Shown here one piece after another: positions 39,514 through 49,445 of a stretch of 64,000 nt of DNA (position 1 is its first letter; each line of letters opens with the position of its first letter). The translations under genes were made by a program, and so were the position numbers. Under the pieces are notes generated by a model. That model was not told the origin of the DNA, did not search any database, and saw only the letters and a list, made by a program, of their open reading frames with translations. Source of the stretch: a virus (taxonomy: Duplodnaviria; Caudoviricetes); IMG/VR virus record IMGVR_UViG_3300028920_000023. One strand, given 5' to 3'.

Positions 39514-41211
39514 ATGGCCAAGAAGAAAGACACACACGCACACACAGAACATTACTACGTCAGCATCAAAGACCCCACAAAGGAACAGACATATAACAAC
39601 AAAGGAGAACCAGAAAAAGACACAGAACTATACGAGCAAGTAATGACAGATATTCGGATGTACCGCAAAACAACACAAAAACTAGGCGCATTCTATCTAG
39701 TGCACCTCTTCGCCACAGCCCAAACAGACCTAGATAACCTCGCAGAACAAATCGACAAAAATGAAGCACTCGACGTAATGCGAGAATCACTAAGATCCAA
39801 CGTCAAACGACTACTAGGCAAACAAGACAGACTCGACGAAGCCCTCCAAGAAGCAGAAGTAGCATTCACAGAAGCCTGTATCGACCTAGAAACAGCAGGA
39901 GAAGTAAAACCAACACAAAAACAGAAACTAGAAGCAGCTGTACGCAAAGCCGAGAAACAATACGAACAAATCAGAAAGAAACACCCAACAACCGCCATAC
40001 AAGACGCAGAAGAACAAGTCCAAAAAGCCAAAGCAACCTACGCCAAAACCAAAACCAAAGACGACCTCGAAGCGCTCAGGAACGCAGAAACACGCCTCAG
40101 AGGAATCAAGAAAAGAACCGAAGAAGAAGCACGCAGAATCGAAGCACTACGCCAAAATGGCAAGATATTGACAGTCAAAGAAACAGAAAGAGCCTACATC
40201 CACGGCTACCTGATGCCAGAATGGAAGCCGTTCATAGCCGAATCCATCACAAGCACAACACGCGGCATCCTACACAGAATCATGGGCTCCAAAGACCCAG
40301 AAATAACAAACCTGCCCAGAGAATACCTAGCAGCCAACGGCGTAAGAGGCACCCCAGAATTCAAAGAAATCGGAATAGAAATCAAGAACACCGAATATAG
40401 ACCCACAGAAGACGGATTTGGAATATTAACAGAAATACGCAAAGGACAACCAATAGAACTAAGATTCTATAGAAAGAGAAGAAAAGGCAAGAAAATGAAA
40501 ATGGACCCACACAAATTCTTTATACTCAAGAAACTAGGATTCATACCAAACCAAAACGGAGAAAGAAAAGCCGACTGGAAACCAGGAACATGTTTCCTCA
40601 CAACAGACCGTCAAGGAAAACGCCTAGCAATAAGACTAACCTACACCAGACCAAACAAACAAAGAAACCTAAACCCAGACCGCACAATGCGAGTAGACTT
40701 CCACGAAGACCTATATAACAAAGACAAATACATGTGCATGCACATGGAAAGCGGCTTCCTACCAACAGACAACGTCAGCTACCTCGCATCACTAGACCAA
40801 GTCAAAAACACAACATGGTCCTCCAAAACCATGTACGAAGACATGCGAGGACTAAACCAACAGAAACTCGAAATAGAACAATTATGGAGAAACAAAAGCA
40901 CTAACAGGCACGTAAGAGAAAGATTATCCAAAAGGAAACAGAACCTACAAAAGAGACAAACCGGAACCCAAAGACGATGGCGAGGAACAATAAACCAAAC
41001 CATCCGCAAACAAGCAGAAAGATGGAACTGTGGCAAAATCATAATGGGGCACCTACCAGACAAATTCTATGGCTTCCCATGGCCACAAAGTAACTTCAAG
41101 CTAGCCCTAACATCCAAACTCAAAGAATACGGAATACAAATCACCTGGATAGACGATGTCAAGGTAGGAAAAACCAAAACAAAACGCAAAAAAGAACCCG
41201 TCTGTCTCTAA
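39514..41211 (+). CDS. TnpB/Cas12-like (type V-like) RNA-guided effector, predicted nuclease-dead (565 aa)
   Basis: WED-like segments (PEFKEIGIEIKN; GTCFLTTDRQGKRLAIRLTY); RuvC-I-like LNPDRTMRVDF; bridge-helix-like segment; RuvC-II-like QAERWNCGKIIMGHL; WPQSNFKLALTSKLKEYGIQITWI; adjacent to the arrays; AAGGAG RBS. Confidence 0.75.
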   Translation: MAKKKDTHAHTEHYYVSIKDPTKEQTYNNKGEPEKDTELYEQVMTDIRMYRKTTQKLGAFYLVHLFATAQTDLDNLAEQIDKNEALDVMRESLRSNVKRLLGKQDRLDEALQEAEVAFTEACIDLETAGEVKPTQKQKLEAAVRKAEKQYEQIRKKHPTTAIQDAEEQVQKAKATYAKTKTKDDLEALRNAETRLRGIKKRTEEEARRIEALRQNGKILTVKETERAYIHGYLMPEWKPFIAESITSTTRGILHRIMGSKDPEITNLPREYLAANGVRGTPEFKEIGIEIKNTEYRPTEDGFGILTEIRKGQPIELRFYRKRRKGKKMKMDPHKFFILKKLGFIPNQNGERKADWKPGTCFLTTDRQGKRLAIRLTYTRPNKQRNLNPDRTMRVDFHEDLYNKDKYMCMHMESGFLPTDNVSYLASLDQVKNTTWSSKTMYEDMRGLNQQKLEIEQLWRNKSTNRHVRERLSKRKQNLQKRQTGTQRRWRGTINQTIRKQAERWNCGKIIMGHLPDKFYGFPWPQSNFKLALTSKLKEYGIQITWIDDVKVGKTKTKRKKEPVCL

Positions 41212-41237
41212 AGCTAACAACATCCACAGGAGGAAAC

Positions 41238-42032
41238 ATGGCCACCAAACTAACGCTAACACTGAACGACATCAAAACCAAACCAATCGAAAAACTCGCA
41301 GCCAAAGCTGCCGATAGAAAAGAAATAGACACCAACGAATGTGCCACTATCAAAGAAGTATTCGTACAGATCGCCGACCAACACAACGACGATCTAGAGA
41401 AAATATCCGTATTCCTACCACTGCTATCCAGAACACAAATGAAAGAATTATTCGAAGTATTGAAAAGAAACACCAATATAACCTCAAACTTCCTAAGAGC
41501 ACTACAATGTTACGGTCAAAACTTCACGCCAGTGGACTACGAATATAGAATGGCAGGGCACCTTGTATTCGGAATCAAAAACGGATTCGACGTAAACAAA
41601 TGGAAGACACTAGACACCCAAACAAGAGCAAGACTGAACAACCCAAACGAAATAGTGACCGTACTAAACAACAAACACACACCCGAACAAATACAAATAA
41701 AAGACCTAGACGGATGGAGGATGGACCTCCTAGTATCAAAAACAGGCATCCGAGGCATAGAATGCCAAAAGAAATACCTCTGCACCAAAAACGTAAAAAA
41801 GAAACTACCGAAAGCAACAAACGGGAACATCAAGACCCTAGCCAGATCAGACCCAGAAGATCACAGCTTGCTAGAAGCTGTGGCGGACAAGAAACGCCAC
41901 GAAGTGCATACAAATAGCTGGGTCATCATGTCCGCAAGCGGACACGCCATACTAGTAACAGAACAAGAAATGAAAACAATGTTAAACGAGAATTACTCAG
42001 TAGTCCTAAGGCCCAGACCAAAATCAGCCTAA
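41238..42032 (+). CDS. hypothetical protein (264 aa), probably co-transcribed with the effector
   Basis: 26 bp after the effector stop, with an AGGAGG RBS; no recognisable motif. Confidence 0.8.
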   Translation: MATKLTLTLNDIKTKPIEKLAAKAADRKEIDTNECATIKEVFVQIADQHNDDLEKISVFLPLLSRTQMKELFEVLKRNTNITSNFLRALQCYGQNFTPVDYEYRMAGHLVFGIKNGFDVNKWKTLDTQTRARLNNPNEIVTVLNNKHTPEQIQIKDLDGWRMDLLVSKTGIRGIECQKKYLCTKNVKKKLPKATNGNIKTLARSDPEDHSLLEAVADKKRHEVHTNSWVIMSASGHAILVTEQEMKTMLNENYSVVLRPRPKSA

Positions 42033-42340
42033 GGAACCTCATCAATCTCCCTAGCAATCTCATCAACTTCATCATAACCCTGATCGATAAACTCCTCTTC
42101 ATCCTCAGAGAGTTTATCGATCAGGGCTTGAAATTCACCCACATGCGCACGCTCTTCATCAGCAATATCCTGGATAACCTTCTTGACTTCCTCATCCCCA
42201 CAAGCAGCCGCATGCGCATCGTACGTACTAGCTGCCTCTTCCTCCGCAGCGATATCCTTACGCAACGCACGAATTAACTCGTCCTTGGTGTACTTCCTAG
42301 GAGCATCCATCTGGTTATGTGGATTCGTGAATTCAGCCAT
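42029..42340 (-). CDS. ferritin-like / rubrerythrin-like four-helix protein
   Basis: ELIRALRKDIAAEEEA..TY...IQDIADEERAHVGEF: E...E and ExxH di-iron pattern. Confidence 0.8.
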   Translation of the reverse strand: MAEFTNPHNQMDAPRKYTKDELIRALRKDIAAEEEAASTYDAHAAACGDEEVKKVIQDIADEERAHVGEFQALIDKLSEDEEEFIDQGYDEVDEIAREIDEVP

Positions 42341-42364
42341 AATAAGTCTCCGTTTTAATTATAT

Positions 42365-43285
42365 TTAAATGTTCAAAATCTGATAAGACTCAGAACCACT
42401 AGTAAAATCAACCTCTAATTTAGCTTGGTTCATATACCTAAAATACTTATTACCATTGTTATGCACACCGGTATCGACCCCAGCCTCAATACCGCACATA
42501 TTCGGTCTCGCCCACATTTTCGCCTTAGCCGAGCTAGCACCATAACTCGTATCAGAACTACCGTGTGCATCCATCAAGAAAATCAAAGACGAAATGAACG
42601 AGAAATAAAACTTATCCTGACCATTATTATCAGTATCTGAGATCACACTAACAGAAGCTAACTTAATCGGCTTCTCCGCAACAATCTCCTTAATCTTATC
42701 ACCACGGCTCTTCCACTGAGAAGCCGACTCATAAGAACCATTAGTAACACCAAAATTCTCCATTAAATACCAATCATCCTCGCCCAAACTAGACGGATCC
42801 AAGTTCGGATTCCAAGTGGAATTTGGATAACTAACGTCATTAGTCTCATCAAGAACATGCGACGGATTCCAAGCATTGGCAAAAACAACCAAACCATACC
42901 TATGTAAGAAATCGACCTTCTCATTCAAAGCCTCACGACCATTCGTAGCCGCAGTACCAAAATCATAACCAGCCTGATCTAAGAAGACGCCATTAACACC
43001 CAAAGCAATCCACTGCCCAACATCAATCTTAAAAGATTCAAAAGTCTGAGCGACATCCACATATCCAAACACCATAACTCTATCGTTGACCTCCAAAATC
43101 CTAGGGATTATAACTTTAGAATTATTATAATCACCATGAGTAGGATCCTGAACTCCACTACCAAGGACTATTAGATCATAACAAGCCATTTCTTGTGCTA
43201 CCAGCTCGTTATTCCATTGGTTAGCTGCACTATTGAATGAGTTCGGGTAACCGTAATAGATCAGAAGATTTGAAGGCTTGCTCAT
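42365..43285 (-). CDS. TIM-barrel glycoside-hydrolase-like protein (GH114/PelA-like fold)
   Basis: LLIYYG, YDLIVL, VFGYV and GVFLDQAGYDFG; paralog of the C-terminal part of 54135-55619. Confidence 0.6.
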   Translation of the reverse strand: MSKPSNLLIYYGYPNSFNSAANQWNNELVAQEMACYDLIVLGSGVQDPTHGDYNNSKVIIPRILEVNDRVMVFGYVDVAQTFESFKIDVGQWIALGVNGVFLDQAGYDFGTAATNGREALNEKVDFLHRYGLVVFANAWNPSHVLDETNDVSYPNSTWNPNLDPSSLGEDDWYLMENFGVTNGSYESASQWKSRGDKIKEIVAEKPIKLASVSVISDTDNNGQDKFYFSFISSLIFLMDAHGSSDTSYGASSAKAKMWARPNMCGIEAGVDTGVHNNGNKYFRYMNQAKLEVDFTSGSESYQILNI

Positions 43286-43356
43286 GTGGTAATCCCCCTT
43301 TGTTGTCCATCCTAATTTTGAGGGGAAGAATATGTTTCATACGTCGCACCCGTTTC

Positions 43357-45009
43357 TCAGGTCTCAACAGACTCCCTAAACCACTCGGGAAACAAATAAC
43401 TATCCTGATAAAACAACCTAAAAAACTGCGAATCTAAAACATAAGTATCCGAACGATCATTCTCATGACGCACAGTCCGACCACAAGACTGCAATAACTT
43501 AGTAACAGTCCTCCAAGAATAATAACCAGGAGACAACTCCATCCTAGCAGCAATCTGCGGATCATTCTTAGGCGGGTAAGGAATCTTACAAATAATCTGA
43601 AACCTACCCAAATCATCCTTCAAATCCAAACCCTCATGCATCGCAGGAGCAATAATCACACTATCGCGAGTATTCTTATGCTTCTCCAAAAGAACCCGCT
43701 TATCACCAGAAAATTCCGGAGAATTCTGATAAAGGAACCTACACCTAACATCCTTATCACACTCCTTTAACAACATCCTACAAATCTCAAAATTATGAGT
43801 ATGAATAATACCCCTCTTCCCCTCATAAGACTTACAAATCATATTCACACAATCAATCAACTTAGGAAAAACCTTCTCCTTATTATTATAAGTAATAGGA
43901 CCACAATCACTAACATACACCGGGCGATTCTTAGCAGGAAACGTACTAGAGACCCTAATCAGCTTAGCCTCATCCCTAGGAATAGCCAAAGCATCGCAAA
44001 TAATATTCTTAGACAAAATAGTAGCACTCATAAACAAAAATTTATCAGCATAAACATACAAATACTTGTTCACAAAATCATCAACAAAAATAGGCTTAAA
44101 AGTAACCGACCTAAACAAACCATCAGCTTTAACCTTAAACTCACAAACCCACTTACTTGGATCAGACTTCATAAACATAGAAAACTTATGCTGCAACCTT
44201 TTCCACAAATCAACAGCATCTAAGTCCTCAGTCAATTTAGCAATGTGCAAATTAGACTCAATACGCTCCAATAAATTAATATCCGTGAAAAACTCAATAT
44301 ACTCAGCCGGCGAATCTAACTCCGGAAATTCTATGCCCCTGAAATCTTTATCATTAAGAGAAATCTCAATAAACTGAAGAAGAACATCCTCAGTACCATG
44401 GGCCTCATCAATAATCATCAATTCACGTGGACCAAACTGCTTAGAAAAAGCAGACTGATACAAAAAAGAATGAAAATTCATAAGACAAATATTACTAGCC
44501 TTAGCCTTCCACAACTGCAAATAATAAGCACAAGTAAACTTCCCAAGCTCCGTACAATATTTCAACTTAGACTCATCCTTCCTCTTACACTCACCCTTAT
44601 CACAACGCACATCCTGGCGAGATAAATCCCGATACCTAGACAAATCCCCAGGATCAACAGAAAAAGTCGGATCATTCAAAACCTGCTCATAATATTCACA
44701 CGGATAAGCATTTCTTCCCTTCAATTCCACCATCGGGTAAGAAGACAAATGCTTACCGCCCTCACCAAAATCCGCACTTAACTGATCTTGGAGGAACTTC
44801 TGAGGTGCTAAATAAAAGGAATTCTTAGCAAGCTGCGCTATAGTATATCCTATAGCGCTTTTACCAGCTCCGGTCGGTGCCTCGATAAATACAAACCGGC
44901 AACCTTGTTTAAAAAATTCGAGCGCCTTCCTAATTACCTCGAATTGTCCAGAACGATAAGAAGACATCGGAAAGATTTCATCAACAACTTCATCATTAAC
45001 ATCAAGCAT
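43357..45009 (-). CDS. dinG: DinG/XPD-family SF2 helicase
   Basis: IEAPTGAGKS, Cys cluster, IIDEAH, FMSAT, EGLDL, QSCGRTVRHEND. Confidence 0.88.
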   Translation of the reverse strand: MLDVNDEVVDEIFPMSSYRSGQFEVIRKALEFFKQGCRFVFIEAPTGAGKSAIGYTIAQLAKNSFYLAPQKFLQDQLSADFGEGGKHLSSYPMVELKGRNAYPCEYYEQVLNDPTFSVDPGDLSRYRDLSRQDVRCDKGECKRKDESKLKYCTELGKFTCAYYLQLWKAKASNICLMNFHSFLYQSAFSKQFGPRELMIIDEAHGTEDVLLQFIEISLNDKDFRGIEFPELDSPAEYIEFFTDINLLERIESNLHIAKLTEDLDAVDLWKRLQHKFSMFMKSDPSKWVCEFKVKADGLFRSVTFKPIFVDDFVNKYLYVYADKFLFMSATILSKNIICDALAIPRDEAKLIRVSSTFPAKNRPVYVSDCGPITYNNKEKVFPKLIDCVNMICKSYEGKRGIIHTHNFEICRMLLKECDKDVRCRFLYQNSPEFSGDKRVLLEKHKNTRDSVIIAPAMHEGLDLKDDLGRFQIICKIPYPPKNDPQIAARMELSPGYYSWRTVTKLLQSCGRTVRHENDRSDTYVLDSQFFRLFYQDSYLFPEWFRESVET

Positions 45010-45023
45010 GGCGAGTTCTCACA

Positions 45024-46106
45024 ATGGGCAAAATACTAATCACAGCGGATATCCACAACGGCATACCAGGGAAATTGGACGACACACTCTGGGCCATGAA
45101 AATCATGAGCGATTATGCCGAAAAACACGATATCAAAAAAGTTCTGGTATTAGGTGATCTCTTTCACGACCGTGTCAACCTTAATATCGAGGTCTACAGC
45201 CGCGTCTATGATCTAATGGAACAAGCCAAAGAAAAACAACAAGAATGGATCTGCTTCCCAGGCAACCACGATATGTACCTCAAAAACTCCTGGGACGTAA
45301 ACTCGGTACACCCCCTACGCCACGTCATGAAAGTAATAGAAAACACAGACATAATAAAACTATACGAACAGAGATTCCATATCCTGCCCTTTGTACACCG
45401 CGAACAAGAATATATGGAAATATTGTCAGAACTAAACCAAGCAGCCACAGAAGACGATATAATGCTCACGCACATTGGGGTAAGCGGAGCAACAATGAAC
45501 ATCTGCTTCCTAATACAAAACTGGAACACAGTCAACTTCTCACAAACCAAATACAAAAGAATCTACACAGGACACTTCCACTGCCACCAACAAGTAGGAG
45601 AAAAACTATGGTACCCAGGAAGCCCAATACCATTCAGATTCGATGAAGGAGAAGCAGACCACGGATTCATAATATACGACACCGAAGAAAACGAACACCA
45701 ATTCATAAAAACATTCGACATCTACCAAGAATTCTCAGACACAAGACCACCAGATTATATAACCATAGTCGATACAGATATAGAAGAACTAGCAGAAATA
45801 GCCAAAGACAATAAAGTCAAGGTCCTCATAACACAGGACCACACAAGTAACGAACTGCTAGATATAAAGAAAGCACTGGAAGACGAGGGAGCCATAACAG
45901 TAAAATTCGGCGACCAAAAAGAAGCGCCAGAAGAGAACAAAGTGCAGGACCAAATACAAAACTCAGGAAAAATCGAAGACATATTCCAATCCTGGATAGA
46001 TAACAACAGCCCAAAATGGGCCGACAGAGACACAATGTTAGCATGCTTCGAGGACATCAGACAAGAAGCAGAAGAAAAATACACAGCCGAGACCGAAGAT
46101 GATTGA
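45024..46106 (+). CDS. sbcD: Mre11/SbcD-like metallophosphoesterase nuclease
   Basis: TADIH, LGDLFH, PGNHD, THIG, YTGHFH. Confidence 0.92.
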   Translation: MGKILITADIHNGIPGKLDDTLWAMKIMSDYAEKHDIKKVLVLGDLFHDRVNLNIEVYSRVYDLMEQAKEKQQEWICFPGNHDMYLKNSWDVNSVHPLRHVMKVIENTDIIKLYEQRFHILPFVHREQEYMEILSELNQAATEDDIMLTHIGVSGATMNICFLIQNWNTVNFSQTKYKRIYTGHFHCHQQVGEKLWYPGSPIPFRFDEGEADHGFIIYDTEENEHQFIKTFDIYQEFSDTRPPDYITIVDTDIEELAEIAKDNKVKVLITQDHTSNELLDIKKALEDEGAITVKFGDQKEAPEENKVQDQIQNSGKIEDIFQSWIDNNSPKWADRDTMLACFEDIRQEAEEKYTAETEDD

Positions 46107-48456
46107 AATAAAAGAACTCTACCTCAGAAACTTCCTATCCTATGGCGATTACGACACCGTCATAAACCTAGAAGGCCTAGGACCCCTACTTATCCTAGGC
46201 GAAATAGACGGAGACGAAGAAAGGAAAAACTCCAACGGATCAGGAAAAAGCACAATACCAGACGCAATAATCTGGGCACTATTCGGAAGATTACCCTACA
46301 AAGACAGACCAGCAGACCACGTAATAAACTGGGAAACAGGCAAAAACTGTATCGTAAGAGTAAAAACCAAAGACGGATATACAATAACACGAACCAGAAA
46401 AATGGAAAACAGCAACGACCTCCTCATACACCAACCAAACGGAGACGACATATCAAGCGCCACAAACACTAACGCACAAAAGAAATTAGAGAAACTATTC
46501 GACCTAGACTACGAAATATTCGTATCAAGCATGTTCTTCACACAATTCGACAAACCACTACTAGAAAAATCCGACATCAAACGCAAAAAAGCCCTAGAAA
46601 GGATGCTAGGACTACAGAAATACGAAGCATACGCCCAAGTAGCCAAAGAAAGAGCCAGCATAGCAGAAGAAGAACAATCCAAACTAAGAGCAGCCTACGA
46701 AGAACTAGAACAACAAACAATAAGAATCGGCCAAAGAATCGAAGAAACAAAACAAGAACAAAGAGAATACCAACAACAAAAACAACACAGAATATCCGAA
46801 AAAACACAACAAAAGAAAGACACAGACAAAATATACGACGAAAAAGCCAAACAAGCAAGAGAACAACTAGAAACCGCAGAAAAAGAAAGAGACGCAATAA
46901 AAACATACGACATAAAAGACCTAGAGAAAAAATGGAAAAGACACCAAAGCCAACTAGACAAAATAACACAATCAATAGCCGAAAAAGACAAACTAACACA
47001 AGAACTGCACGCAGAGCAGACCAAACTAGAAATCTATGAAAAAGAAGATCCACAGACAACAATCGAAGAAGACATCAAACGAATAAAAACACGACTCGAA
47101 GAAGCAGAAAAACAATCAGAAAACTCGAAAACATACAACATACCAGAACTACGAAAAACAGAACGAACAAGACAAGAAAGAATAAAAGAAAAACAAGAAC
47201 TCCAAGAAGAATTAAACTACGTAGAAACAAAGAAATATCACAAACAAGAAGAACAAAAAAGACTACAGAACACCCTAGACCAATGGTCAGAACAATGGTC
47301 AGAAAAATCAATATGCCCAGAATGTGAACAAGAAGTAACCAAAGAACATATCGATACAAAAATCAAACAATTAAAAGACAAAATTAAAACTATCACAGAA
47401 GAAATAAAAGAACTAGAAAACACAGCACACCAAATCAAAGAAGCAATAAAAAATTACGTTATAGAAGACCCAGAAATAACTATTGAGCAAGCAAACCGTA
47501 TAAACGAAATGACAGAACAAAGAAAAGAACAAATAAAAATCATCCAGGAAGACCTCGCCACAGCCATAAACAGACGAAAAGATCTAGATAAACTAAAAAT
47601 AGAAAAACACAGGATCATATCCAACGCCACATCCAGGATAGAACAATTAGAATCCGAAATACAAATCAGAGAAACAGGAATAGAAAAACTCAAGAAAAGA
47701 GCAGAGGAAAAAGAACCAAAACCAACACTAATCGAAGCCCAAAATATCCAAAACCAATTCAATGAGAAAGACAGAGAAGTACAAAACATACGCTCCAAAA
47801 TAGAAGAATATTATGAACGCAAAAAAGAAGAAAAAGAAAGACTCACAAAAGAAATAGAAGACATAAAGAAAGAAAAAGACCCATACGACAACATAATCAA
47901 CAAACTCGGTCTAGATCTAAAAGAAACCAGAAAGAAATTAACAGAATCCAAAGCAATTGTCGATGGTTACGATATGTTAGTAAAACACCTAGGATTCATC
48001 AGAAGATCATTCTCGGATAGGAATAAAATCAAAGCATATACAGTAAAACGACTAATCCCACATCTAAACGAGAGAATAACTTATTATTTACAGGCAATGG
48101 GCTGTGACTTCAGGCTTGAATTTAACGAGTATCTACAAGCCAAAACAGAAACATATCCGTATGAGTTCTGGTCCGGAGGAGAACGAAGAAGGATCGACTT
48201 AGCATTAATGCTAGCGATACACAAGCTGCACAATCTGATATATTCCAGACAATGCAATATTTTGGTATTTGATGAGGTAGAAAGATCTTTGGAACCAAGT
48301 GGGATAGAAGCATTCGTGGAACTAATATTTAATGAATTCAACGATAAAACTGTTCTGGTCATCTCTCATTCAGATCAGATGAGAGATGCCTTCCCAACCA
48401 AAATGCTAGTCCGTAGGAAAAGTAGATATGCTTCCATTATAGAAGAAGTTCGGTAA
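46099..48456 (+). CDS. sbcC: Rad50/SbcC-like ABC ATPase
   Basis: Walker A NGSGKS, long coiled coil with a CPEC zinc hook, signature WSGGE, Walker B VFDE, ISH. Confidence 0.93.
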   Translation: MIEIKELYLRNFLSYGDYDTVINLEGLGPLLILGEIDGDEERKNSNGSGKSTIPDAIIWALFGRLPYKDRPADHVINWETGKNCIVRVKTKDGYTITRTRKMENSNDLLIHQPNGDDISSATNTNAQKKLEKLFDLDYEIFVSSMFFTQFDKPLLEKSDIKRKKALERMLGLQKYEAYAQVAKERASIAEEEQSKLRAAYEELEQQTIRIGQRIEETKQEQREYQQQKQHRISEKTQQKKDTDKIYDEKAKQAREQLETAEKERDAIKTYDIKDLEKKWKRHQSQLDKITQSIAEKDKLTQELHAEQTKLEIYEKEDPQTTIEEDIKRIKTRLEEAEKQSENSKTYNIPELRKTERTRQERIKEKQELQEELNYVETKKYHKQEEQKRLQNTLDQWSEQWSEKSICPECEQEVTKEHIDTKIKQLKDKIKTITEEIKELENTAHQIKEAIKNYVIEDPEITIEQANRINEMTEQRKEQIKIIQEDLATAINRRKDLDKLKIEKHRIISNATSRIEQLESEIQIRETGIEKLKKRAEEKEPKPTLIEAQNIQNQFNEKDREVQNIRSKIEEYYERKKEEKERLTKEIEDIKKEKDPYDNIINKLGLDLKETRKKLTESKAIVDGYDMLVKHLGFIRRSFSDRNKIKAYTVKRLIPHLNERITYYLQAMGCDFRLEFNEYLQAKTETYPYEFWSGGERRRIDLALMLAIHKLHNLIYSRQCNILVFDEVERSLEPSGIEAFVELIFNEFNDKTVLVISHSDQMRDAFPTKMLVRRKSRYASIIEEVR

Positions 48457-48479
48457 CCCCAAGATCGAAAGGGAAATAC

Positions 48480-48848
48480 ATGTTTGTTTTGCGATCATAC
48501 CAAGGTTATCTAGGAGTAGGAGTAGATCACGAAAGGCCAGACGACGCAATCTCATTCTCGCGCTACGAGGATGCGGCCTGGCTCAAATCGGAGATGGGAT
48601 TGGCCGAATACGAAATCGAGAAACACGACAAAAGCACATCATTATCTGAGATCTCCCATATGCTACGTGAATGCACTCGGTTATGGCCTACCGGAGAACA
48701 CCATCGTCATGCTCTGACGATTGATGACAATAAACTTTCCTTAAATCTTCGGATCAATAACCAATGGTCATCTTTCACCTTTTCTGATGATAATCTAACA
48801 AAACCTGTCGATGAGATTATCTCCGAAATTAAGAAACTAATTGAATAA
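48480..48848 (+). CDS. hypothetical protein (122 aa)
   Basis: ORF track. Confidence 0.65.
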   Translation: MFVLRSYQGYLGVGVDHERPDDAISFSRYEDAAWLKSEMGLAEYEIEKHDKSTSLSEISHMLRECTRLWPTGEHHRHALTIDDNKLSLNLRINNQWSSFTFSDDNLTKPVDEIISEIKKLIE

Positions 48849-48930
48849 TTGTGAGATTAATTATTTAATTTCTAGATATACTTTCTATTAGTAAAATCTG
48901 CGATACTAAGCCATAAACAGCGGAGAAAAC

Positions 48931-49434
48931 GTGATGGAAACATATGCTTTTCCCCTACGAACAGGGGACATCCGGATACAACCGAACCCCGTGCTGTTGT
49001 CTCTCCTGAAAGAAGAAAAACAAGAAACAGAAGAAGACCCGATCACAGAAGAAGACCCGATCACAGAAGAAGACCCGATCACAGAAGAAGACCCGATCAC
49101 AGAAGAAGACCCGATCACAGAAGAAGACCCGATCACAGAAGAAGGACCCCTGGAGAACATAGGAGAAGGCACGGGATGTATACGCTTCCTATGTAACAAA
49201 GAAATATCAATGAAGATAACAGGAAACGGCCTCGACGGAGATGACAGAATAGTCTGGGACAAACGCCTCCTGGAGACCGTCAGAGAAGCCAGAGAGAAAT
49301 TCTACGAATTATTGAAACTAGGGTACGCAGCATTCTCCGTCAAGAAAAACGGCAGAAAATCAAACCGCAGGATGCACAAATTCGACCCGCGAGTAGAAGA
49401 AATCATCATGGTCGCCCCACAGGCAGCAGGATAA
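48931..49434 (+). CDS. hypothetical protein with an (EEDPIT)6 repeat
   Basis: ORF track; the repeat is in frame. Confidence 0.7.
   Translation: MMETYAFPLRTGDIRIQPNPVLLSLLKEEKQETEEDPITEEDPITEEDPITEEDPITEEDPITEEDPITEEGPLENIGEGTGCIRFLCNKEISMKITGNGLDGDDRIVWDKRLLETVREAREKFYELLKLGYAAFSVKKNGRKSNRRMHKFDPRVEEIIMVAPQAAG
49027..49134 (+). repeat. tandem repeat, 6 x 18 bp (ACAGAAGAAGACCCGATC)
   Basis: Six perfect copies followed by a partial copy. Confidence 0.95.
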
Positions 49435-49445
49435 CGGAGAACAAA

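Noticed and set aside
37955-39541. Short ORFs across the arrays (FGPRVYGRV, VRVRTGAW and similar repeats)
   Set aside because: They are translations of the 29-nt DNA repeat. The roughly 61-bp period is not a multiple of three and spacer lengths vary.
39514-41211. Ordinary IS200/IS605 TnpB of an insertion sequence
   Set aside because: No tnpA or IS ends are seen. The protein is larger, lacks the Zn ribbon and RuvC-III, and is linked to multi-spacer arrays.
43357-45009. DinG as a type IV CRISPR component
   Set aside because: No csf/cas7/cas5/cas6 genes are visible. It is on the opposite strand, two genes away, and divergently paired with sbcDC, which fits a core repair role.
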